In this document: piece after piece, positions 49,946-60,308 of the stretch
Layout: each line of letters starts with the position of its first letter
How positions within the stretch are numbered: position 1 is the first letter of the stretch
From: an uncultured Eubacteriales bacterium
Lineage (GTDB): Bacteria; Bacillota; Clostridia; Christensenellales; Borkfalkiaceae
Direction: 5' to 3'
Assembly: GCA_949747905.1 (NCBI GenBank)
Contig: CATKEF010000053.1
Coordinates: 135-64,134 of the forward strand
DNA length: 64,000 nt
The notes under the pieces: generated by a model
Seen by the model: the letters and a program-made list of their open reading frames with translations, nothing else
Told to the model about the DNA's origin: nothing
Database searches by the model: none
Program-made: the position numbers and the translations under genes

Positions 49946-50950
49946 TTATTCCGCCTGAAGCGCGGTAACCGCTACGGTAGCGACTATATCTTCCACATTG
50001 CATCCGCGGGACAAATCGTTTAAAGGCTTTGCAAAGCCCTGACAGACCGGTCCGATTGCCATATAACCGCCGAAACGCTGCGCAATCTTATAGCCGATAT
50101 TCCCCGCATTGATATTAGGAAATACAAAGACGTTGGCATTGCCTGCGACTTTTGAATCGGGCGCTTTAAGTTTGCCGACTTCGGGTGCGACGGCTGCGTC
50201 GAACTGAAATTCCCCATCAAGCGCAAGTTCGGGCGCCGCAGCCTTGGCGAGCGCGGTTGCCTGTTGAACTCTGGACACTGACTGAGTGAATTTATCATCG
50301 TTTCCGCTGCCTTTGGTCGAGAAAGACAACATTGCCACTCTGGGCTCGATTCCCGCTATCTGCTTTGCGGTGCTTGCCGACGTAACGGCAATATCAGCCA
50401 ACTGCTCCGCGGTAGGCTCTATATTTATGGCGCAATCGGCAAACACAGCAACGCCGTCGGGGTTGTAAGTATTTTTCCCTTCGGGAGCAATCATTATGAA
50501 ACAGCTCGACACCGTTTTTATCCCAGGAGCGGTTTTCACCACCTGTAAACCGGGACGGAGAGTATTTGCAGTGGAATGGCAAGCACCGGAGACATAACCG
50601 TCGACATCGCCTGCTTTCAGCATCAGCGCACCGAACATCGTTCTGTCTTTCGCCTGTTCTTCTGCCTGTTCCCTTGTCATACCTTTCGCTTTTCTTGCCT
50701 CGAAAAGCATTTCGGCATAATGTGCCGTTTTTTCGGAAGTCAAAGGGTCCACCAACTCAATTCCCGTAAGGTCAGCATCGGGGGCAACTCTTGCGCACTC
50801 CTCTTTATTTCCTATAAGAACTATTTTTGCTATCCCCTCTTTGGTTATTCGCGCAGCGGCTTCGACAACGCGCTTGTCCTCACCCTCGCAAAGAACTATG
50901 GTTTTTTTGAGAGCAGCCGCTTTGGTTTTGATTTCATCGAGTAACGACAT
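49946..50950 (-). CDS. pta: phosphate acetyltransferase
   Basis: 334-aa PTA_PTB domain immediately upstream of ackA. Confidence 0.92.
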   Translation of the reverse strand: MSLLDEIKTKAAALKKTIVLCEGEDKRVVEAAARITKEGIAKIVLIGNKEECARVAPDADLTGIELVDPLTSEKTAHYAEMLFEARKAKGMTREQAEEQAKDRTMFGALMLKAGDVDGYVSGACHSTANTLRPGLQVVKTAPGIKTVSSCFIMIAPEGKNTYNPDGVAVFADCAINIEPTAEQLADIAVTSASTAKQIAGIEPRVAMLSFSTKGSGNDDKFTQSVSRVQQATALAKAAAPELALDGEFQFDAAVAPEVGKLKAPDSKVAGNANVFVFPNINAGNIGYKIAQRFGGYMAIGPVCQGFAKPLNDLSRGCNVEDIVATVAVTALQAE

Positions 50951-51062
50951 ATCTTTCTCCTTTAAAACACTTTATTTTTAGGACAAACCGATATATAATG
51001 GTTTTGTCAAGTTTTTCCAGAATGTATTATACGACTTTTTTTTTCGGTTGTAAAGGTTATTA

Positions 51063-52193
51063 ATGAAAATTTGTGCGGTTATTTGCGAATTTAATCCTTT
51101 CCATAACGGACATTTATATCTGCTCGAACAAGCCAAGAAACTTTCCGGTTGCGACAGGCTTATTTGCATAATGAGCGGAAGTTTTACTCAGCGCGGCGAA
51201 ATCTGTATATCCAACAGATTTATAAGAGCCTCTCATGCCGTCTCTGGCGGTGCTGACTGTGTAATAGAACTTCCGACGGCGTTCGCCGTAGCCCCCGCGG
51301 AAATATTTGCGGACGGTGCGATAAAAACGCTCTCATCCATACCGGAAGTAACAACTCTTGCTTTCGGCTGCGAGAACGATACCGTGAATTTCGTCAAAAC
51401 AGCGGAACTGCTATCAGATGAAAACAACGAATTCAAAACCGCACTTGAAAAAGAGCTCAAAAAAGGCAACAGCTACGTCAAAAGTTATGCTAAAGCATTC
51501 GAGAATAGCGGCGGAAGCGGCGAATTTCTGTCAGGACCGAACAATATACTCGGCATAGAGTATGCAAAAGCCGTCCTTCGCAGAAATCCGAATATAAAAC
51601 TGTTGCCCGTTAAACGTATTGGCGCGCAATACAATGACGGAAAAATAAAAGACAATTATTCTTCCGCAAGCGCGATAAGAAATAACTTAAACTCCGATTT
51701 TGTCAAAAACAATGTTCCCGATTACGTTTTCGAAGAACTTAAAAGCTGTAACGTGCCGAACGATAATTTCAGACGAATCGCGGCATTCGGGCTTTTCAAC
51801 ACTACTGCGGACAAATTAAAAAAAATATTCGGATGCGGAGAAGGTCTGGAAAACAAACTTGTCAATTGTGCGGGCAAAAGTTACCAATCCGTTATTTCCG
51901 AATGCACAACCAAACGTTACCCTTCATCCCGTATAAGCAGAATACTCTGCGCGAATTTGCTCGGACTGTATGAAGACGAATGCAAAATATTTCTTAAAGA
52001 GAAACTTTATATAAGACCGCTCGCAATAAAAGACGAATGCGCGTCGGATATCCTCTCATCCTTATCGAAATCGGAATTTCCGCTCATAACACGCGGACGC
52101 GAAAGAAAAAATCTCACCGAAATCGCCGGGTACTGCCTGAGTATTGACGAAAAAGCTGCAAAATTACGCAATTTTATTGCAGAAATAAATTAA
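51063..52193 (+). CDS. tmcAL: tRNA(Met) cytidine acetate ligase (YlbM/TmcAL, UPF0348 nucleotidyltransferase)
   Basis: The N-terminal ICEFNPFHNGHLYLL HxGH-like motif and the 376-aa length match the family. Confidence 0.78.
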   Translation: MKICAVICEFNPFHNGHLYLLEQAKKLSGCDRLICIMSGSFTQRGEICISNRFIRASHAVSGGADCVIELPTAFAVAPAEIFADGAIKTLSSIPEVTTLAFGCENDTVNFVKTAELLSDENNEFKTALEKELKKGNSYVKSYAKAFENSGGSGEFLSGPNNILGIEYAKAVLRRNPNIKLLPVKRIGAQYNDGKIKDNYSSASAIRNNLNSDFVKNNVPDYVFEELKSCNVPNDNFRRIAAFGLFNTTADKLKKIFGCGEGLENKLVNCAGKSYQSVISECTTKRYPSSRISRILCANLLGLYEDECKIFLKEKLYIRPLAIKDECASDILSSLSKSEFPLITRGRERKNLTEIAGYCLSIDEKAAKLRNFIAEIN

Positions 52194-52215
52194 AGAGCGG
52201 CTATGCCGCTCTTTT

Positions 52216-52914
52216 TTATAATGTATTAAGATAAGCTATTTCCTGTTTTGTAAGTTTCCTGTACGTCCCTCGGTTAAGTCCGCGCAAATTAATTTCTCCG
52301 ATTTTTATACGTTTTAACAGCATAACTTCCTTGCCGATTGAAGCAAACATTTTTCTGATTTCTCTGTTTTTTCCTTCGGTCAAAGTAATGTGTACTTTTG
52401 TATAAAGTTTGTTTGTTTCAACAATATGCGCTTTACACTTTTTCGTCATAACGCCATCAATCTCCACCCCGCTGCGTATAGGGTTCAAATTGGACTCCGT
52501 AAGCGTGCCTTCGACTTTGACAAGATACGTTTTGGGAACTTCGTTCGAAGGGTGGGTAAGCCGTTGCGCGAGCTCTCCGTCGGTAGTCATTATCAGCAGC
52601 CCTTCGCTGTCGTAATCGAGTCTGCCTACCGGATAAATCCTGCCTGCATTCTGCGGCATTAAATCCATAACGGTTTTTCTGCCTTTATCATCGGATACCG
52701 AACAAATGTAACCCTTGGGTTTATTGAGAATATAATATTCGTTCTTTTTTACGGCAACGCGGTTTCCGTTGACGAAAATTTCGTCGTCGTCGCTTACTTC
52801 AAGACCTATTTCCGCGCATTTGCCGTTAACGGTGACTTTACCTTCACCTATTAACCTGTCGCATTCTCTGCGCGAAGCAATTCCGCACGTTGCGAGATAC
52901 TTATTTATTCTCAT
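52216..52914 (-). CDS. rluB: pseudouridine synthase, RsuA/RluB family
   Basis: N-terminal S4 domain (RINKYLATCGIASRRE) and catalytic GRLDYDSEGL motif. Confidence 0.88.
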   Translation of the reverse strand: MRINKYLATCGIASRRECDRLIGEGKVTVNGKCAEIGLEVSDDDEIFVNGNRVAVKKNEYYILNKPKGYICSVSDDKGRKTVMDLMPQNAGRIYPVGRLDYDSEGLLIMTTDGELAQRLTHPSNEVPKTYLVKVEGTLTESNLNPIRSGVEIDGVMTKKCKAHIVETNKLYTKVHITLTEGKNREIRKMFASIGKEVMLLKRIKIGEINLRGLNRGTYRKLTKQEIAYLNTL

Positions 52915-52932
52915 ACGGTACCAACTTTAAGT

Positions 52933-53943
52933 TTATCTACCGTTAATACTATACAAATTTGCCGAAAAAATCAAGCCGTTTTCGTCTGAAATTTCAAGTT
53001 TGGCAATTATATCGCCCATTTTGAATTTTTTAATGTCGAGCGGAACCACTTTCATTTCAAGCCGCTCTGCACATTTAACCACCAGATTTTTGTCCTCTTT
53101 CAGCTTACATAATGCATTCCCTGCCGCAAAACGCATATTTTCATCGAGCTTCAACAACTTATAATTTGCAAAACAATCGTCCAGAATCTGCGCGCTGCGG
53201 TTGTACATATCGGGACAGTTGAGAACCACTGTCACTACGTCCATACCGTCCCTCTCCGCTGAGGTTACAAGACACCTGCCGGCTTTAACCGTATATCCGG
53301 TCTTTACACCGTTTGCACCTTCGTAATTATACAACATTTTGTTCTTATTCACAAAAGTGCGGTACTTCCCCGAATGATTTTTTGTTGAAACAATTTTACG
53401 GAAAACGGAATTCATCATACTGTGACAGGTAATTGCGCATAAATCTCGAGCAGTCGTATAGTGTTCGTCGTCAGGCAAGCCGCTGGGATTCTTAAAGCCG
53501 GTATTTTCGGCGCCCAGAGCTTTCGCACGTTCGTTCATCACCTCTACAAACTTATCCACGCTCCCGCTATGATGAATTGCGAGCGCAGTTGCCGCGTCGT
53601 TTCCCGAACGCAACATCAGTCCGTATAAGAGGTCGCGCACGTCTATCTCTTCATTTTTTTGAAGATAAATACTCGACCCCTCTACACCGACAGCAGCGTC
53701 GGGAACGGTTAAACACTCATCCAAATCGCAATCTTCCGCTATAATGAGAGCAGTCATAATTTTGGTTGTGCTCGCCATGGGAAGTTTTAAATCGGCGTTA
53801 CTTTCTTTAAGAACCGTACCCGTCGTCAGCTCCATCGCAATCTCCGCCGAAGCTCCTGCTTCGGCGTTTTGCGACGAAACGCCTGAAACCATTCCAAATA
53901 TACAGAATAAACCCAATAATAACGATAACCATTTTTTACGCAT
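52933..53943 (-). CDS. dacB: D-alanyl-D-alanine carboxypeptidase (S11), DacB-like
   Basis: SxxK (ASTTK), SxN (RSGND) and KTG (KTGYT) motifs. I prefer a start at M14, before the signal peptide, which avoids overlap with ytfJ. Confidence 0.85.
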   Translation of the reverse strand: MRKKWLSLLLGLFCIFGMVSGVSSQNAEAGASAEIAMELTTGTVLKESNADLKLPMASTTKIMTALIIAEDCDLDECLTVPDAAVGVEGSSIYLQKNEEIDVRDLLYGLMLRSGNDAATALAIHHSGSVDKFVEVMNERAKALGAENTGFKNPSGLPDDEHYTTARDLCAITCHSMMNSVFRKIVSTKNHSGKYRTFVNKNKMLYNYEGANGVKTGYTVKAGRCLVTSAERDGMDVVTVVLNCPDMYNRSAQILDDCFANYKLLKLDENMRFAAGNALCKLKEDKNLVVKCAERLEMKVVPLDIKKFKMGDIIAKLEISDENGLIFSANLYSINGR

Positions 53944-54307
53944 TGTCTGAAAACTTATTGACGAGCTCTCCCGTCTTTTCAATCAACGTATCGACGGCGC
54001 CCTCCTCCATTTTAAGCAGTCTGCATCCCTTTCCGTCATCAACGAGAAACCCCCTGGGTTTCACCGTGATAACGGTACCGTTGCCGCCGGCAAGCTGAAA
54101 ACCGTCGGCTTCCCTGAAAGTTTTTACGTCTCCGTATTCGCCGCCGCCGCTTAAATTTACCACGGTAACCGAAGAAAGCGGAATAACTTCCGACCCACTT
54201 ACGGTTATAATCGATTTGCCTATAACGGTGTTTGCGTCCGCAACCTTTTCTATAGCGAGTGCGGGACTGTCGAATTCCTTTTCTCTGTTTTTTCTGTTCT
54301 TTATCAT
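53936..54307 (-). CDS. ytfJ: sporulation protein YtfJ (GerW family)
   Basis: 123 aa with the Gly-rich core NLSGGGEYGD ... GGNGTVITVKPRGFL typical of GerW/YtfJ. Confidence 0.8.
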   Translation of the reverse strand: MIKNRKNREKEFDSPALAIEKVADANTVIGKSIITVSGSEVIPLSSVTVVNLSGGGEYGDVKTFREADGFQLAGGNGTVITVKPRGFLVDDGKGCRLLKMEEGAVDTLIEKTGELVNKFSDNA

Positions 54308-54816
54308 TTAAGTTTCTCCTTGATAATTATAAGAATAATTTTCGCGACGACTAAAAGATTTAAAACCGTAACGGCTTTAGCATAATACCGTACTTCGGAA
54401 TGCTCCTGATTAAGCACCGAATAATTTCTCAACTTACAGAAGTTGCCGTTTATCTGTATAAATTTATATAGCGCCGTGGTAAGCGCACTCTGAGCTAGAG
54501 CTACGTATGCATTATTTTCGTTCATCATACCGTAGTCGCCCAACTGTATGATTTTATAAATACAGAGCGTATTGAATATTTTATAGAATACCGACTTAAA
54601 TTTATTCGGTTCTATTTTTTCATTCTTTCCGTTGATTTGCATTTCCCGCGGTTTGTCTTTTACCGTATTCATATTGTAAAAGTTAAAAAAGAAAACGCCC
54701 GCATTGAAACTTGCGTACTTTTCTCCCGTATTAATATATAAATAGTTATAAATATGAACGGGAAAAACCGACAGAGCAAACAGCGCAGCGGAAATATAAA
54801 CCATTGCGGTGCCCAT
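54304..54816 (-). CDS. DUF2953-like membrane protein (YtfI-like)
   Basis: 170 aa with an N-terminal TM segment. It is translationally coupled upstream of ytfJ, as in Bacillus ytfI-ytfJ. Confidence 0.55.
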   Translation of the reverse strand: MGTAMVYISAALFALSVFPVHIYNYLYINTGEKYASFNAGVFFFNFYNMNTVKDKPREMQINGKNEKIEPNKFKSVFYKIFNTLCIYKIIQLGDYGMMNENNAYVALAQSALTTALYKFIQINGNFCKLRNYSVLNQEHSEVRYYAKAVTVLNLLVVAKIILIIIKEKLK

Positions 54817-54852
54817 AACCTTATTATTTGTAACGCGAAATTAAATTATACA

Positions 54853-54880
54853 ATAAAAAAGGAGGACGCATGTCCTCCTT
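54853..54880 (-). terminator. terminator after scpB
   Basis: The minus strand reads AAGGAGGAC-ATGC-GTCCTCCTT followed by TTTTATT. Confidence 0.75.
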
Positions 54881-54889
54881 TATATTCTG

Positions 54890-55597
54890 TCAATCTATTT
54901 TAATCAGCTCCTCGTCGTCCGGAACAAAATCAGGCAATTCGTAACCGTCTTCGGTAGTTCTTGGTTCCGTCGGTTCCTCTTTCACCGCTTGTCTGGCGCT
55001 TACCTCTTCGACGTACTCGTCTTTTCTGTAAAGATAATTTTCCTCGTTTTCTTCGTCAGTCAGCAAAGTGTTGTTAAGCTCGGCAATCTGAGCCATTAAC
55101 TCGTCGTAGTCGGGGAGTTCGTCTATCGAATTCAATTTGAATCTCTTCAAAAAATTATCAGTAGTCGCGTACAAAATAGGTTTTCCGACAGCGTCTTTTC
55201 TTCCGCAGGGAACAATCATTTCGAGCTCTAGGAGCGTATGAATTGCGTAATCGCAGCTGACCTGTCTTATTTCTTCCAGTTCGGGCTTGGTTATGGGCTG
55301 CTTATACGCTATAATTGCAGCGCATTCCAGAATTGTTTTTGTAAATTCCTTCTCTTTTATCGGAATAAGAACTTCGGAAATCTGCTGTTTATATTCCGGA
55401 TTGGAAGCAAACTGAAGTTTTCCGTTGAAAACCAAAAGATGAATTCCGCTCTTGCCGTCGTAACGCTCTTTAAGTTCGTTGATGCAGGAATTGACCTCTT
55501 TAACCGTACAGCCGAGTTTTTCCACAATATATTTTACAGGCACGGCTTCTCCCGAAGCAAAAACTATAGCCTCAATTATATTCGTCAAATTGTTCAC
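54890..55597 (-). CDS. scpB: SMC-Scp complex subunit ScpB
   Basis: IIEAIVFASGEAV N-terminus, two winged-helix domains, and an acidic tail. Confidence 0.9.
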   Translation of the reverse strand: MNNLTNIIEAIVFASGEAVPVKYIVEKLGCTVKEVNSCINELKERYDGKSGIHLLVFNGKLQFASNPEYKQQISEVLIPIKEKEFTKTILECAAIIAYKQPITKPELEEIRQVSCDYAIHTLLELEMIVPCGRKDAVGKPILYATTDNFLKRFKLNSIDELPDYDELMAQIAELNNTLLTDEENEENYLYRKDEYVEEVSARQAVKEEPTEPRTTEDGYELPDFVPDDEELIKID

Positions 55598-56384
55598 TTG
55601 TAACTTCCTTCAAGTCCCGGTCGGGATTTAATCTGATATTGATTGAGCCGAAAGATTCCGCCTGCACCACGGTTATAAACTGGTGTTTAAGCATTTCCAA
55701 CAGCGCCTGAAAAGTAGTAACTACTTCGTTTCTGGAAAACGAGGTAAACAGACTTTCAAAATCGACTTCGTTTTTTTCCGCCAATCGTTCTTTAATAAAA
55801 GCAACTTTCTCTTCAACGGTGTAAACGTCTTTTGGAATTTCCTTGACGTTTTCCTTTTCCCTGAGCATGCTTTCGTTTTTGAGCATCATTTTCGCGAACG
55901 CTTCCAAAAGCGCGTTCACTGTAAAATCTTTATATACAACCCTCACTGTGTTCAGTGCTTTATCCGGCTCTTTAAAATAATATCCTATCGTTTCAAGATT
56001 TTTGAGCTTGGGCGTTTCGCTTTTTATCAACTCGTATTCGCGCTGTTTGAGCTGTTCTATGAGCGCCTGCTTTTCTTCTTCGGCACCACCCATGTCCTCG
56101 CCCGCGACCTCCACGACGGGAACCATACTCTTAGATTTTATGTAAATTATCTGAGCGGCAAGCGCCAGATATTCGCTTTCTTTATCCACGTCGCGGCGCG
56201 GCTGCGTCTTCATAAATTCTATATAATCGAGAAATTGCTCGGTAACTTTTGATACAAATACGTCCTCTATATTTATTTTCGCTATGTTTATCAAATGCAA
56301 AAGTAAATCCAAAGGACCTTCGAAATCATCAAGTACCGTATTATAATCGACTACCGATTCGAAATTTTCCAAATTAAAAGCCAT
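55572..56384 (-). CDS. scpA: segregation and condensation protein A (kleisin)
   Basis: FEGPLDLLLHLI motif. 270 aa, directly upstream of scpB. Confidence 0.9.
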   Translation of the reverse strand: MAFNLENFESVVDYNTVLDDFEGPLDLLLHLINIAKINIEDVFVSKVTEQFLDYIEFMKTQPRRDVDKESEYLALAAQIIYIKSKSMVPVVEVAGEDMGGAEEEKQALIEQLKQREYELIKSETPKLKNLETIGYYFKEPDKALNTVRVVYKDFTVNALLEAFAKMMLKNESMLREKENVKEIPKDVYTVEEKVAFIKERLAEKNEVDFESLFTSFSRNEVVTTFQALLEMLKHQFITVVQAESFGSINIRLNPDRDLKEVTSEQFDEYN

Positions 56385-56390
56385 AAAAAA

Positions 56391-57116
56391 TCACCATATA
56401 AAAGGCATAATTCTTACCGGATAACCGAATACAGTATTCCATAAACCGATTATGGGAAAGCCGAGAATTTCGCGGGCAAACCACTGAACATAGCCTAAAA
56501 TATCGAAGTATCTCGCATAAGTCCATCCGACGTCCACATACAAAATATCGCAGATAAAACTCTCGACGACAAGAAATATAAGAATATATTGACCGTAATT
56601 TTTCAAAAATCTGCGGACAGGATTTATTTCCCTTGTACATGATTCAACGACCCTGAATCCGTCAAGCGGATAAAGAGGCAGAAGATTGAAAATAAATACG
56701 CTCAAACTGTACAGAAAAGTCAGCTCAAAAATACTTTGGAAAAAAGAAACAAAAAACATTGCCGTTTCACCGTGCGACTGAATTTTCAAGGTAAGAAGAA
56801 ACAGCGGATAAGCAATGAAAGCAATTATATAATTGGTTACAACGCCGGCTATTGCCGTAAGAAACATCCCTCTGCGGTAATGATGAAAATTACCGGGATT
56901 GACAGGCACGGGCTTAGCCCAACCGAACCCCGTCAAAATACAAAGAACAAAACCGTAAGGGTCTATATGCTTTACAGGATTCAAAGTCAGTCGTCCGTAC
57001 ATTTTTGCCGTCGGGTCGCCGCACTTGTATGCGACATAACCGTGCGCCAGTTCATGCGGAACGAATACAAAGAGAACGGCAATAACACCTGCCAAAATCG
57101 CTATTAATCTGTCCAT
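56391..57116 (-). CDS. M50 family (site-2 protease-like) membrane metalloprotease
   Basis: HELAHG zinc motif and a second NLLPLYPLDG motif in a polytopic membrane protein. Confidence 0.8.
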   Translation of the reverse strand: MDRLIAILAGVIAVLFVFVPHELAHGYVAYKCGDPTAKMYGRLTLNPVKHIDPYGFVLCILTGFGWAKPVPVNPGNFHHYRRGMFLTAIAGVVTNYIIAFIAYPLFLLTLKIQSHGETAMFFVSFFQSIFELTFLYSLSVFIFNLLPLYPLDGFRVVESCTREINPVRRFLKNYGQYILIFLVVESFICDILYVDVGWTYARYFDILGYVQWFAREILGFPIIGLWNTVFGYPVRIMPFIW

Positions 57117-58442
57117 TTATTTCAACCTTTCAGGAATACAATCGTTCCTGACTAAATCCTCATATGTCTGAGGTCTGATTATGTAGTCGGCTTTACCGTC
57201 CTTCACGAGAATTGCCGCGGGAATAAAATTCCTGTTATAATTGCTTGCCATCGAATAGTTATATGCCCCCGTCGTGAGTACTGCCATTATATCTCCGCTT
57301 TCGGCTTTCGGAAGCGGGACGTCAACGGCAATCAAGTCTCCGCTTTCACAGCATTTTCCCGCTATGGAGACTTTCTCCGTACACTTTTCATCGGCTCTGT
57401 TTGCAAGTAACACTGTATATTTTGACTGATACAGCGCATAACGCGGATTATCGAACATTCCGCCGTCTATCGCAATGTATTTTTTAATTGCGGGAATGTC
57501 CTTTATTGCTCCGACCGTATAAAGCGTAATTCCGGCTTCCGCAACAACGGAACGACCGGGCTCGATAACCAAAAAGGGAGGCTTCAAACCGAGCCTTTCG
57601 GAGCATGATTTTACTTCATTTATAATGGCTTTCAGATAATCCGCATAATCGGAGAGTCCGAGACAAGGTTCTTCGTCGTTATACCAAACGCCGAAACCTC
57701 CGCCGAGATTCAACTCTTCCGCTTCGTACCCGGTTTTATCTTTTATTGCCGCAATAAACTCCGTTAATTTTGCCGCAGCAAGTACAAACGACTGTTTTTC
57801 GAATATCTGAGAGCCTATATGACAATGAAAACCTTTCAAACGAAGATTATTTTTGGACAAAACGTATTCGGTTATGTTTGCGGCAGTGCCGTCGGCAACC
57901 GAAAAACCAAATTTACTATCGGTTCTCGCCGTCTGGATAAACGAATGCGTATGCGCTTCGACCCCTGGATTGATTCTTAAAAGCACATTCTGTTTTTTGC
58001 TGCGTTTAGCCGCAAGCCCGTCAAGGATGTCCGCTTCGCGAAAACTGTCAACGACAATGGTTCCGACACCGCAGTCGAGAGCATATTCCAACTCGCGCAA
58101 CAACTTATTGTTACCGTGCATATAAATTTTATCCGCTGGAAAACCGGACTGAACAGCGGTATACAGTTCACCGCCCGAAACCACATCTACGCCGACGCGT
58201 TCCTGTGCCGCTATTATATACATCGCTTTACACGAAAACGCTTTGGAAGCATAAAGGACCAATCCGTTGCCGTCGTATTCCTCTAAAATAGTATCCCTGT
58301 AAACGCCGAGCATATTGCGAATATGCTTTTCGTCGAAAACATACAACGGCGTACCGAATTTTTTCGCAAGTTCTACGGTATCGGCACCGCCCAATTCAAG
58401 ATGTCCTTTTTCGTTAATTCTCAGCGTTTCGCGTTCATTCAT
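57117..58442 (-). CDS. lysA: diaminopimelate decarboxylase
   Basis: PLP-lysine region LYASKAF, plus GGGFG and CESGD motifs. Confidence 0.93.
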   Translation of the reverse strand: MNERETLRINEKGHLELGGADTVELAKKFGTPLYVFDEKHIRNMLGVYRDTILEEYDGNGLVLYASKAFSCKAMYIIAAQERVGVDVVSGGELYTAVQSGFPADKIYMHGNNKLLRELEYALDCGVGTIVVDSFREADILDGLAAKRSKKQNVLLRINPGVEAHTHSFIQTARTDSKFGFSVADGTAANITEYVLSKNNLRLKGFHCHIGSQIFEKQSFVLAAAKLTEFIAAIKDKTGYEAEELNLGGGFGVWYNDEEPCLGLSDYADYLKAIINEVKSCSERLGLKPPFLVIEPGRSVVAEAGITLYTVGAIKDIPAIKKYIAIDGGMFDNPRYALYQSKYTVLLANRADEKCTEKVSIAGKCCESGDLIAVDVPLPKAESGDIMAVLTTGAYNYSMASNYNRNFIPAAILVKDGKADYIIRPQTYEDLVRNDCIPERLK

Positions 58443-58467
58443 AATCAGCTCCGTTCAATATAAAATT

Positions 58468-58496
58468 ATTTTAACAAAATTCATAAGATTAGTCAA
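58468..58496 (-). promoter_or_regulatory. promoter of lysA
   Basis: The minus strand reads TTGACT (58491-58496), 17 nt, TAAAAT (58468-58473). The leader is too short for an L-box. Confidence 0.5.
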
Positions 58497-58524
58497 ATAA
58501 ATTGCTTGATTTTCTCACCCGAAA

Positions 58525-58557
58525 CACAAAATACGGCGCACGTTTGAACGTGCGCCG
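58525..58557 (-). terminator. terminator after the dac gene
   Basis: The minus strand reads CGGCGCACGT-TCAA-ACGTGCGCCG followed by TATTTTGTGTTT. Confidence 0.7.
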
Positions 58558-58573
58558 CTAAATATACGTTAAA

Positions 58574-59761
58574 TTATATTGTCCATTCTTTTGCGATATC
58601 TCTGAAATAATCACCGAAACTTGCTTTTTCCACGCTGCCTGCGGCAACGACGTTAACCGTATCGACCAATACGCCGTCTTTATAAACTTCTATTGTTCCG
58701 ACAACCTGGTCTGCGGAAACAGGGGCTTTCAAATCGAAAGCGGTAACTTTATGAGTCACTTCGGGAGACTTGTCCGCAGCGGAGAACACATAACTGTTCC
58801 TTTCGGGACGAACCGCAACACTGTCTCTCTTGCCTCCTCTTACGGCAAAGTCGTCGTTGAGCGTAACGTCTTTATCGAGAACGATTTTATTTTTATAATT
58901 GGCAAAACCGAAATCGAACATCTTCACTGTCGAATCAAATCTGTCGTCGCTCGACTTCGCGCCGAGCACTACGGAAACAAGTCTGAGATTATTTTTGGTG
59001 GCCGTTGAAGCAAGACAGAAGCCCGCCTCATTTGTAAAACCGGTCTTTCCGCCGTCGCAGAACGAATACTTACGTATAAGTTTATTCGTATTCGTCATAG
59101 AAGTCGTACGGTTATCGGGATGAACAAAATCTTCAAGCCAAATTTTGCTGTATTTATAATACCCGTGATGTTTAATTAAATTGGAAAACATCAGAGCAAC
59201 GTCTTTTGCGCAAGAATACTGGGTTTCACGCGGAAGTCCGGTACAGTTCGCAAAAAGCGTATCGGTACATCCGAGCGATTTTGCCTTTTCATTCATTCTC
59301 GCAACAAACTCCTCTTCGCTCCCCGCGACGGTTTCCGAAAGAGCAACGCAACTGTCGTTTGCCGAACATACGATTATGCTCTTTATCAAATCGTCGACTT
59401 TATATTCCAGACCACTCTGCAAAAACACTTGCGAACCACCCATGGATGACGCGTTCTCGCTGACGGTAATCATATCTTCCAAAGCAATTCTGCCGTCTGA
59501 TACCGCGTCGAAAACCAGAGTGAGCGTCATAACTTTACATACGCTCGCAATAGGCATACGCGCAGTTTCGTTCTCCTTGTAAATGCACTCTCCGGAACCG
59601 TAATCCATAAGGTAAGCCGACCTACAATTTTCCGTCAGCTTCGAACTTTTTACCTCTTCAACCGTAGTAAAACCCGTACAAACCGCGCATGTCGCGGTAA
59701 TACAAGACGCAAATAAAACCGTAAATAACTTTTTCATATCCTCAGTATGCCGCAATACCAA
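58574..59761 (-). CDS. D-alanyl-D-alanine carboxypeptidase (S11), DacA/DacF-like
   Basis: Signal or lipoprotein-like N-terminus. SxxK (ASVCK), SxN (CSAND), KTG (KTGFT) and a C-terminal PBP5_C-like domain. Confidence 0.85.
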   Translation of the reverse strand: MVLRHTEDMKKLFTVLFASCITATCAVCTGFTTVEEVKSSKLTENCRSAYLMDYGSGECIYKENETARMPIASVCKVMTLTLVFDAVSDGRIALEDMITVSENASSMGGSQVFLQSGLEYKVDDLIKSIIVCSANDSCVALSETVAGSEEEFVARMNEKAKSLGCTDTLFANCTGLPRETQYSCAKDVALMFSNLIKHHGYYKYSKIWLEDFVHPDNRTTSMTNTNKLIRKYSFCDGGKTGFTNEAGFCLASTATKNNLRLVSVVLGAKSSDDRFDSTVKMFDFGFANYKNKIVLDKDVTLNDDFAVRGGKRDSVAVRPERNSYVFSAADKSPEVTHKVTAFDLKAPVSADQVVGTIEVYKDGVLVDTVNVVAAGSVEKASFGDYFRDIAKEWTI

Positions 59762-59765
59762 GATT

Positions 59766-60308
59766 TTATACCATAACTATCACTACCCTGAAAAGTACGT
59801 TTATGAGTAAAAAAAGAACTACAAAGCTGACAAAAGCAAAAACCGCGGGCATAAAACACACATATTTTTTGTTAATGCATTTGCAGGTTTCAACAATCAA
59901 AAAACAAAGCATAAGAGAAATCAACGAAGCGGGAATAAAAACAAAGCAGGCAACTATTACTCCGCCGACAGAATTTACCGCAATTAAAATCACCGAATAA
60001 ATACTGAAAAATATTCCTCTTAAGAACACGAAAAATAATGAAAAATATTTGAATCTCGTAAAATAAGCCAAAAGAAAACAAATATAAAAATACAGGACGT
60101 CGCCGAGCAAATGCGGGAACAACAACGCCGAATTCTTGAAATTAAACACATTATAAACGTAATCATCGGCAAATTCAACAAAATAAATATTAAAAGTAAC
60201 GGGTTTATATAGTACTATGCCACATATAATAGCACAAATTAGCGTAATTAAAAAGGCAAAAAGATACTTTTTATCAAATTTTACGCCACGAAAAGACAAA
60301 TTCCTCAT
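59766..60308 (-). CDS. polytopic membrane protein, possibly SpoIIM-like
   Basis: About 180 aa with 5 hydrophobic segments. The N-terminus MRNLSFRG and the overall topology loosely recall SpoIIM. I prefer the ATG at 60306-60308 over the ORF-track TTG at 60314. No clear SD sequence. Confidence 0.45.
   Translation of the reverse strand: MRNLSFRGVKFDKKYLFAFLITLICAIICGIVLYKPVTFNIYFVEFADDYVYNVFNFKNSALLFPHLLGDVLYFYICFLLAYFTRFKYFSLFFVFLRGIFFSIYSVILIAVNSVGGVIVACFVFIPASLISLMLCFLIVETCKCINKKYVCFMPAVFAFVSFVVLFLLINVLFRVVIVMV

Noticed and set aside
58443-58573. Expected lysine (L-box) riboswitch upstream of lysA
   Set aside because: The interval holds only the dac terminator and a TTGACT-17-TAAAAT promoter about 25 nt from the start codon, which leaves no room for an L-box.
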